Shown one piece after another: positions 1 to 9,207 of a DNA stretch of 51,754 bases (position 1 is the first letter of the stretch; the number at the start of each line of letters is the position of its first letter). The notes beneath the pieces are model-generated. The model saw nothing but the letters and a program-made list of their open reading frames with translations. It ran no database searches and was not told the origin of the DNA. The position numbers were made by a program, and so were the translations under genes. The stretch comes from Psammoneis japonica (lineage: Eukaryota), in contig QPGO01000030.1 in NCBI GenBank assembly GCA_008632985.1, positions 372,001-423,754 on the forward strand. Reading direction: 5' to 3'.

Positions 1-1575
1 GAGAACTCGAGGGGGCTGGAAAGGATGCTGAGAAAGAACTAGCCGGAGAAGAGGGTCGATCGTGCCGAGTTGCAGCTAGGTTTGTGACTCCACTGTGCGT
101 CGAGTCGCTGAGGGCTCCGTCTGTATGACGGTGCTTAGCAACATATTCCAATGCATCCTGTAGAAGCTTTGGTTCTTTGCCGGCCCACATCGCTGCTGCC
201 TTTTCGGTGCACTCGTATCGGTTGGAATAGAAGAACATGTCGACTAGAGCAATTACCTTATGATGCTTCAGGACACGGAGACAGGCTCGAACCATTTCCA
301 TATCTACATCCGACTGTGTCGATATCCAACGTGCGTGCTTCGCGCCATCAATGTGCAATACAACCCAATTTATGGCTAGGTCCCAATCAAACTGCAGGAC
401 AAGAAATCATTCGTCATGAGAAACACCAAGCAATGATACCAAGCTTCTGAGAATGAGGAACGTACCAGCTGAAAGCAATCTGTTCGCAACAGGACCGGTA
501 CCTAATAATGAAACGAAAGAGAGAAAGACTAAGGTAAGACTTCTTTCATGACATAGTATGAAGGAATAGTGAAGACAATAACGCTCACCTTGTGGTCAGG
601 AACAGGCGAGGCAGGCGGTTTTGGTGGACGAAACAACTTCAGATTAAGTGAGTTGGCTGAATCAAGCAATAGATTGCATTCCTTTCGTTTCGAATTAAGA
701 GAAACAAGAAGGCGTTTCAAAAATCCTTGCAACTTGGGTCGCAGAGTCGGTTCCGTCAGGAACTGCGATTCGACTTCCATGCTACGTAAAGCCACGGCCC
801 ATTTCGACAACAGAGGACGGAAAGGACGGGGATCTTCCTCACGTCTGAGAACAAAGCCCAAGCAGAAAAGGAGAGAATTTCGCTCATACCTTTCGTTGGC
901 TATGGCAGTTGGTCGTGTCAAGATGTGAATTCGATGCGTAGAAAGACAAATCATTTTGCCAGCGAGCTCATTTCCGGTTATCGCGTATTCGCTTGTAGCA
1001 TCAAAAATGGAATGCGAGACGTCGTCAAGCTTTGTCGGAAAGTTCTGGTCACCTCCTACTTCGTGCTCATCGGGAGCTATCTCGCTTGTTGCCGCCACGG
1101 GCTTCTGATCTTGTTGGGTATTCTCACCTACGTTTTCGTGCTGCGCATCCGTTTTCGCGCTCTCCTCCTCCATGATACCCTTGAAGGCTTCGGCAAGGAT
1201 TCCATGTACCTCTTCCGTCGATATATTGATGTCTTGATCCATAAAACGTTCGGGGCTCTGAAAGCAAACTTTCGGGCCGACTACATTATCGAATTCTGCG
1301 TAGAAGCAACAAAACAAAGGACACCGAGAAGGATCGTTAGGTTCGGGTAACGACGGCCGATCTTCGGCTAAGACGCGTTCAACAGCATTGCGAGATGCTT
1401 CCGACATTGAACTCGACCTTCTGTCGACTGTGGCTATACTTTGGAGAAATGGAAGCTCGCTCCTTGAGTTCGTTCGCGACATGGTACGAGATCGCAGGGA
1501 CGATGGAGTCGTCGATGTTTGCAGTGCCCGTGGAGACCCATCTGGCGTTGCTGAGATAGACGGCGCGTCTGGCAT
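1..1575 (-). CDS. NPRL2: GATOR1 subunit NPRL2 / nitrogen permease regulator 2 (3' end runs off window)
   Basis: Exon 1 (1575-589) has FYAEFDNVVGPKVCFQSP and YERNSLLFCLGF. GT-AG introns 588-502 and 465-392 join VPVLL..FQL and FDWDLAINWVVLHIDG...DVDMEMVRACLRVLKHH..LVDMFFYSNRY, which are NPR2 family motifs. Confidence 0.9.
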
Positions 1576-2056
1576 TGTCTGATTTTCTCGTCAAAGTAGC
1601 TGATTCATTACTACGCTGGTTCCAGGCAGGCAGAAGTTGGTTGCAAGAGAAGCAGCTGATTTGAGTTTGGAAGTTCCAAGTATTGGAGGCCCGCAAGTCT
1701 ACATAAATCGGTGGGTTTGGAGGGATTCGTTGATGAGATAGGTGACTCGCAAGTTGGTCGGAGTTGTCTCGTGTTGCTGTCAATCGTAAACAGACTTACC
1801 GCACGGCGCCGCCGAAAACCAAAAACCGACCTGCCGCCGCCACAGCAAGAAAGGACTACAAGTACAGTGCTTTGAGATCAGATCAACATTTACGAAATAA
1901 CAACAACCGCGCAATAGGCCCTAGATAGACACGAGAGCTGCACAGCTTGTGTACTGATATGATCATTGAAACGACGTACTGTAAGCCTCTTGGAGAGGGT
2001 AGGTGTAGTAAGGTAGAGATGAATGAGGCATCTTCATCTTCAATACGTACTGTAAT

Positions 2057-2396
2057 TCAGATTCCTATTATTTGCGTGCGACAGATTCCTATTTGCGTAC
2101 GAAAGGAGGAAATTTCGTACGACAGATTCCTATTTGCGTGCGAAATGAGGCAATTTCGTACGAAGGATTCCTCCGGTGCTACGAAATCGACTCGAAATTG
2201 ACGAAATGTTCCGATTCCGGTATATTTCTTACGTGAGATCCACCACGAAAAATGGAATCTTTCTTTTGAAAATCAGCTTTCGTCGACGTACAAAAAGGAA
2301 TCTTGGTTGAAAGAAAGAATCCTCTAGTCGTGCCAAAAAGGAATCTTGCTTTTCCATTCATTACACCAAGTTATGTGAAAAAGGAATCTTGCTTTG
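2057..2396. repeat. Phased subterminal-type repeat array (AGATTCC copies followed by inverted GGAATCT copies), probable DNA transposon end
   Basis: (A/G)GATTCC at 2059, 2083, 2124, 2165. AAAA(A/T)GGAATCTT with GGAATCT starting at 2254, 2297, 2340, 2383 (exact 43-bp period). Confidence 0.7.
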
Positions 2397-4063
2397 CAGA
2401 CCATCATTCCCCTCGCGATCGCTGTGAGACGGTGCGACGACACACGGCGAGCGAACGGCATGTCGCCCATGACGGAAGCGACATCGCCTTGCCAACACTG
2501 TGAAACAGAAGGTTCTGGCCAGTGCAGGCTAATGAGAGTTGCACTTGAGCATTGTGGCCATGTTCAATGCCTTTGCTGTGTGACAGAACTGGACGCCGCC
2601 TGAGGCGAAAAACTGAGACGCCACAGTCGTGAGTTCATCACTCATCACGGCATCAGATCACAAACGTCTGAATGCATTGTTCCGACTAACTTGTTCCTTT
2701 CAATGGAAAGCACAGCCAGCAGAATGATGCAACAATGTGAGCGAGCTTGTTGAGTCAGTCTTTCCAACTGTGCGGGTTTGATCCCCTCAGCCCGATTCAC
2801 ATGCAACGTGAGTGTGTCCAGATTCAAAAGATTGACAGGCTCCATTGGGGCGAAGCCAGAAAAGTCGTGCCGAACGGTCTGTCAATGGTGGCGAAGTTTT
2901 TTTTGCTGTTCAAAAATCTCGATGCTGAAAACACTTGTCGAAAATCGGCTTTCGTCACTCGCTGGAAAACACCCAGTTCCAGCGAGTGACGAAAGCTGAT
3001 TTTTGACATCGTCCATTGTGAAAGCTCCAGAACAAGAGCAAAGTGTAGAAACAAGGCGTCCCATGAGCAATTTGTGCAGTGTGCAAACCTGCATGATGTT
3101 GCCAAACCCCGGATTGAATGTCAAATTTATGATGTGATCAACGTCCAGACATTGACGTGAAAATCAATTCGAAAAAGGCGAACAGAAAAGTTGTTTCTGC
3201 TTGAACAAATGCCAAATTTTCAACAACAAACATTTGCTTTCCGCTCACTCTGACCGACACAACATGCATTTGACCTTGTCCAGCTCGTCACGAGCTTTCC
3301 ATGACACACGGGTTGTGGGGTCTGCGAGGTCATCCCGAAAAAACTTCTCAACCATTGACAGACTGTCGGTGGGATGACAAGATGAGAGCACACAACTTTG
3401 TCATCTTGCCCAGCTCCCAATCATCCCTCATGCATTGCACCAGCAAACGTCAGCCAAATTGTTCGTTTCCAAACAAATGCCAATTTCAGATGGATCATTG
3501 TGTCCAAACCGTTCATGTTTTGCCAGCATCAAAACATTCTGGAGTGCACCATTGTCTGCACAGGCGATTCATGAATGTGACGGGGAGGAGTGCGGTGCAC
3601 CGAGTTCAAACAAGTTGGCATTGTGTGCCTGTCCGCTGTTTCGTGGTGGGTTGCGCTCTACGAGAGATTAGAAACATGACGAACCTCGGCATGTGGGTTC
3701 TACGTTCTACCGTGCTTCTATGATGTGCAAGTCATGAACGTCCCAGTCTAGAGTCTTTTCGTTTGCCCTCACGATCTTGCTGTCAATCTCGGTTCTACAA
3801 TGTTTCAATCCTGCGAAGAGCAACTTGACATTGACAACAACCGCTTGGAGGGCGCAGCACCTCTTCACGTTTCTGAATTGACACTGCTCCGTAAGTTTCA
3901 CCACTTTTCAAGAGGGCACACCAAATTTCTTCCACCCATGTTGCTCAAATCTCCCTTTGCCACTTGCCCCTTTCAGGACATTTTTCAGTTCAGCAAGTTT
4001 GCTTCTACAATCAGCACAAGAATTGGGCATTTTACAAGCTTGGGTGAGTTTGATTTTCGCACG

Positions 4064-4500
4064 CAGGCCAACTGATTGCAAAGTTTTCTGCAGCAATCAG
4101 ATTGCAGTCAGTCGATTGCATCACTGTGGACAGCAATTGGCCAACTGCAATTGCACAGCGATTGCGCGGTCTGATGAACAGATCAATCGCCCCACCGGCC
4201 AGGCGCACCCCCCGTGCAGGGGCTCTCTCTGCGCAAGAGCGCTCTCTGCGCAAGAGCGCTCTCTGCGCAAGAGCGCTCTCTGCGCAAGAGTGCACTCCGC
4301 GCAGGAGAAATCGAGCAATTTCACTGATTTCAGCTGACAAAAGAGCTTGAATTTCGATTGCAATCGATTGCAACAGTGACTGTGATTGCGACCTCGGCTC
4401 TTTCCCGACAATCAGGTCATTGCAATCGAGTTTGCAATTGCGATTGCAGTCAAAGTGAGGCTGGCTGATTGCAATTGATCCCAGCAATTAGTTGACGCTG
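4064..4500. mobile_element. hAT-like MITE with degenerate TIRs and 8-bp TSD
   Basis: Left end CAG-GCCAACTGATTGC versus reverse complement of right end CAGCGTCAACTAATTGC. Flanks TTCGCACG (4056-4063) and TTTGCACA (4501-4508). Many internal (G)ATTGCAAT(C) motifs. Confidence 0.65.
4225..4290 (+). repeat. 17-bp tandem repeat (CTCTCTGCGCAAGAGCG) x~4 at MITE centre
   Basis: Directly visible tandem copies, each nearly self-complementary. Confidence 0.9.
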
Positions 4501-4583
4501 TTTGCACATGCTTTCATCTCTCTTGCTGTCACCACACATGGACAGTCACAGCAATCTCAACCCCGTCCTCTTTCTTCCAACAG

Positions 4584-5150
4584 AATTGCTGAACATGGAA
4601 GGCAATCTTGTTTCTGGCACTCTGCCGGAAGTGATGAAAGATTTGACAAGCTTGAGCAGGTCGATTATCAGTCTCCCGAAATTTCGTGCACCAATTGATC
4701 ACGTCTGCCCTTGACTGGCATTTGCCTTGTTCGTTCGTTCGTTCGTTTGTTTGTCCGTTCGTTTGTTCCTTGACAACCCAAGAATGCGTCTCGTTTGAAA
4801 GCAACAAGTTGTGTGGTCCCCTTTTTGATTTTGTCATGGAACAGAAGGAAGCAGGTGTTGGAAAAGAACAAGTTCTGCACCATCCTGCATTTGCTCTTTC
4901 CAATGCCCCTGATTCTCATTCAATTTCAATCGAAATCATGGCTGAGAGGACCCACTTCACTGGAACGCTCCCGGCTGATCTGCGCTTGTCGTCAAACTTG
5001 GGTGACGCTCCACTTTGGTTGCAGCTTTGTCAATGGAGTGAGCCTTTCTCATCTGCATGCGTGTGTTTGCCCGTGTCTGCGTCAGCCAAGGTAAACACTG
5101 CTGGAGCAAATCTTGTTGGTGCAGACAATCCCAACTGAAATGGGCCTTGT
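4584..5150 (+). pseudogene. Leucine-rich-repeat gene relic with 72-nt exons
   Basis: Exons 4584-4655 (LLNMEGNLVSGTLPEVMKDLTSL), 4783-4854 (CVSFESNKLCGPLFDFV) and 4930-5001 (EIMAERTHFTGTLPADLRLSSNL) are each 72 nt. A fourth, frameshifted exon has TIPTEMGL. Splice sites are damaged: GC donor at 4656, AA acceptor at 4928-4929. Confidence 0.75.
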
Positions 5151-5755
5151 TTTTGCAACCTGGGTGCGTTTCGATTTACACGCATTGCAGCAGATGGCAG
5201 ACAATGCTTTTTGTTGCCATCCATTGTCATCGGCATCAGTTTTCATCATCAGAGAGAGAATGTTGTGCCCGTTGTCTTGGACCCTCCACAACAGACACCG
5301 TAAAAATTTTCCAGCGATGCAGGCGATGCCATTTAAAGAGTGATGGCGCGAGCAGCAAAGAAGCAAGAGATCCCAGCGGTCCAGACACACAACTTGTTGG
5401 GACTTGGGGAGCACTGGCTTTTTCACATGCGTTCGTGCTCACTCTCTCTCTCTCTGTCCAAGACGTTGCTTGCTCATGACTCTGCCAATTTCGAGATGAC
5501 AATGTTCTCTGTTTAAAGACAGGAACAAAGACATTGTTTTGACGAGAATTCCAAATGACGGGGCAGTGTCGCCAAGAGGAGCAGTTTGCATGACATCGGA
5601 GGGAAAAGAAAAGGGCCACTTCCTGAGCTCACATGCTTCGGGAACACTGCCGTTTCAGTTGGAATCCGCAGCATTTGCGTGGCCTCCAGTGCAATGCACT
5701 CGAGCTGCCGTTTGACCTGCTGTTCTGCGGTTTCAGCGGGAATCCATGGAATCCA

Positions 5756-5882
5756 CGTGGCTTCCAGCACAAAAGAGATTCTGAATTGCTGGAGTGAAAT
5801 GGTCTGCCATTTCAGCAGGAATCTGTGGAAATGACGTGGCTTCCAGCACAAAAGATTTTGAATTGCTGGAGTGAAACGGTCA
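5756..5882 (+). repeat. Local direct duplication (~47-49 bp, ~80-bp offset)
   Basis: CGTGGCTTCCAGCACAAAAGA(GA)TT(C/T)TGAATTGCTGGAGTGAAA(T/C)GGTC occurs at ~5756 and ~5836. Confidence 0.8.
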
Positions 5883-7029
5883 CTGCAAATGTCAGTTGAG
5901 ACAGGAATTCATAGAATCTGGTGCAAGTTCCATGGAAGAAGACTGCTCATGCCCGCAAATTTCCCGTGACTGCTCATTCAGTCTCATCATTCATTGCTCT
6001 CACAATTTGCTCAAGAGACGCACTTCGCCCCATTGCTTCACAGCATTCATGATGCTCACTTTTTTCTCCAAGTTCGCAAACCGCAAAGCTGTGGTTGAAG
6101 ATGGTGCATCTGAAGCGAAGCGCACGATGTGTCCTCACGTCCGCAGCATGGCAAAAACCCTGAAGCTTTCTTTGAAGAAGTTCCTCTGCATGCCGTGAAC
6201 CGAGCAAGTCAAGATGATTTTGGAGTTTGAATCCCTCGCCACTGCGATCGAGAACAAGGTCAACAGCTTGAAGGAGGCAGCTTCGACTCTGCGCGAACAG
6301 GCTCAGAGCAAACCTTAGACTCTGAGCCTGTGCCGCGTGCATGCCACTGTGTGGAGCTGGATCGCATGATCGATGAGCCAGCATGAAAGAAGGCAAGAAG
6401 AGGCTTGCGAACATCCAGCCCAAGATTGCGACATTTCGTGATGTGCTCGAGAAGCAGCAAGAGATTCTCAAGTGTCCTCAGATGACATTGCAGGAGGTTC
6501 GGATTGCTTGGCTGTGACCTCCATGAGGATTGTTCCCTTTCGGAACCCGCTGATCTCTCCAAGACCATGATGACAAAAGAGGAACACCAAGAGTGCATTG
6601 CTCGCATCTTGCTCATCAACATGGAGACACCCTCTTTGAAGTGCAAAGCCTTGGACATGTTGGAGTCAGCTCCGTCGGCTGATGACAAGGGATGATGCAG
6701 AGGAAGGCGCAGATGGCACCCATGAAGGATCTGACCCCCCCCCCCCCCCCCCCCACCAAGAAGGCCAAGATGGAAGGCAACTGGATTCCATGAACAAGGA
6801 GACCAAGGCAGAGTGCATTTTTCATTGGGCAGCATCTGGCAAAGGCAGCAACAGTGCAGCGCATTGTTCTGCAAGAAATCCAGAAAGTGCAACGGCAATC
6901 TTCCACAGCATCAAACAGTTTCACAGGCTCAGCGCATCAGTCCAACTGCATCAGCTCGGCTTGCCTTTGGTGCAGTGGGAAATGAGAGGGACTGACAACT
7001 CGCTGTGAATGGAGTGCACTCATTAAAAA

Positions 7030-8880
7030 GCAAGTGTCATCAGAAAGAAAATGTCAATTCCCACGTCACTGTTGTCATCCAGTTGCGCAAACAGATCTTT
7101 TCTCCAAGGATCAAATTTGGATTGTTTCGGTGCCAAGTGTGCTGGGGCAGGTGCTTTGGAACAATCAGTGACTGTGGTGTTGTGGAAGATGTTGGTGTGG
7201 GGAAATGTGTGGTGGGAGAGGTGCGCAAAGCGCGCTTGGGGATGGAGAGAAAAAGTGTGGGCCCAAAGTGCAGACAGACGGCTGAGGTGAGGAGTTGTCA
7301 GCAAGGGTGCCGGTGGGGTGGTGAAGCAGCTGATCTCGGTGCGAAGAGAGATGGTGGGAGAGAGCACAGCCAAAGTTGAGGCCAAGGATTTGGGAGGCCC
7401 AGAGTTGGGGTGTGGCTGCATGGCAAGATGAGCCAAAACGGTCTGGGGAGAGCAGTTTCCAGGCGTGTTGGAGTGGGTGAGGAGGTCGGAAGGGGCAAGC
7501 AGTGAGTCAGTGAAGGCAGAGAAGGATGCTTGAGAGTTGGAGAAGGAAGATGGGTTTGTCCAGGGTGGCTTGGAGGAAGGGGTGGGACAGAGGCGGATGA
7601 TGAAGAGGAGGAGCTGAAGAAAAAAACGTGAAATGGCATCCAATGCCACCCAGGTGGTCGAATGTGAATGGGAGAAGGAAGAGGCCAGCTTGGTTGATGG
7701 CGTCAATGACATCAGAGCTGGGGGCGGATTGTGCAGAGTGACCAAGAAGCTTGTCCCATGTGCTCTGCTGAGGTGAACCTTGTTTGATGGGTTTTCAGGG
7801 ATGGGTGAGCCAGGTGCAGGAAGCAGGGGAGCTGGTGGTGCGGTGACATCAATGGCCAAGAAGTGATGAGCAGATTGGGCGTTGGGTGGTGTGGAGCCAG
7901 GAGCAAGTTGTGCGCCGACGTCGGCGGGGCATTTGAGGGGGTGGTCAACTGGGAGACCGGCTGGTTCAAGGTGCACTTGTTGACAGGAGAGGCACAGGCC
8001 GCAAAGGTGGCCTGGAGTGTCAATGACAGTGCAGATGGTGTCATGGATGTGGTTGGACAGCGGCTTTTGTGCATTTTGGAGCATGCGAAGGCGTGATCTC
8101 TGAAGGGGTCAGGGCGGGTGTGGCCATGTGTGGACAGTCATGTTGGAGTGGAGCGGCAGAGATTGTTGGGAGGCGCAGCTTGCGGAGGAGAAGGAGTGCA
8201 AAAATGTGTGAATGGAGTCAGTTGGAGATGGAGGATTGGGAGAGAGAGTGCAGGCAAAGGCTTGTTGGAGGGGATGGAAGGGATGGAAGGGCTGGTTGTG
8301 TGGAAGGATCAGCCAGGATCAGAGGAAGGGTGTTGGTTTTGTGGTGATGTGGATGAAGGCATTGCACGAGACCGTGCAGGTTGTGGTGTTCAATGGCATG
8401 CTTGAGGGAGGCAAAGGAGGAAGAGTCGAAACGGAGGAGAATGGGGGTGCAGTGACGGAAGATGCGGCAGAGGGAGAGGGTGGAGCGCGGGTTAGACCAT
8501 GAGCCAAGAGCAGCAGAACGGCTTGGAGGGAGATGAAAGATGTCGCCACCGGTGAGTGGGATGCCATGCTTGGTGTAGCGCATTGATCTTGTGAGCAAAG
8601 CAACAAGAGCTGGGATGGCGACAGCGGAGATGTCGCGACATCTGACACCACCCAAAGAAACGGGTGGGTTGGCAATGAGTTTGGCGGCTGAAGGGAAGGG
8701 GGCGGAGTGTTGAGTAAGGTGGGCAAGGAAACGCAAGGAATGGCGGATGATTTTGTCAACAAAAGGTGATGCCCATTGGAAAGGAGGGGTTGAGAAGTCG
8801 TTGGAGTGCATGAGGTTGAAACATGCATCAGCCGCGAGAAGGTGGTGTTGCCGGAGGAGCCGCCGCCGCGCTTGCGAATC
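7030..8880 (-). mobile_element. 5'-truncated, decayed non-LTR retrotransposon of the restriction-like-endonuclease group (CRE/R2-like)
   Basis: Minus-strand fragments occur in canonical order: post-RT PVSLGGVRCRD..AIPA, knuckle CPH...DPFRDHAFAC, SNHIHD (HNxxRD-like), VHLEP, CPADV (RPAD-like), LAIDVT, LLPFTFDHLGGIG. Multiple frameshifts. Ends approximate. Confidence 0.75.
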
Positions 8881-9207
8881 TTGAATCATCTCCCGTGTGG
8901 CCTGTCAGTCGTTACCGCGCCGCACATGCGAAATCAGATGAGGACTCGTGTGCCCAACAGTACCTTTCTTTCTTATTTATCTTCTCCTCGCTCATTCGCA
9001 TCCGCTCATCCTCATCTACTTTTGAGTTTTAAGCCACAGCATTTGGTTGCTAAGAGAGAGTGCCTACGACTTAAATTTTGCAGCTAAGACCTTTTTGGGT
9101 AGAGGCCACTCCCAGCTTGGGAGGTCTGTAACAAAAGTACCGTGCGGGTAAGTTCCATTGAAACATCGGGGGTCCTCTCTGGGGAACGTGCTAGTTTGAC
9201 ATTATGT

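Larger units (their letters stand above)
2375..8910. other. TpA-depleted, TpG/CpA-enriched hypermutated block 1 (decayed TEs and pseudogenes)
   Basis: Only sporadic TA dinucleotides, and none seen in 6318-7023 or 7026-8492. Overlapping ORFs in all six frames are rich in Cys/His/Trp and nearly lack Tyr. Confidence 0.9.

Noticed and set aside
2248..2396. Repeat-spacer pattern as a CRISPR array
   Set aside because: The repeat is only ~13 bp, the context is eukaryotic, there are no cas genes, and inverted copies nearby fit binding sites better.
2394..8889. Dozens of overlapping 60-350 aa Cys/His/Trp-rich ORFs as novel genes
   Set aside because: They are a by-product of TAA/TAG loss. They occur in all six frames, nearly lack Tyr and have no coherent domains apart from the relics listed.
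2375..8910. Explaining the composition by CpG methylation decay or classical RIP alone
   Set aside because: CpG deamination does not remove TA and RIP increases TA. CG persists in parts of this block.
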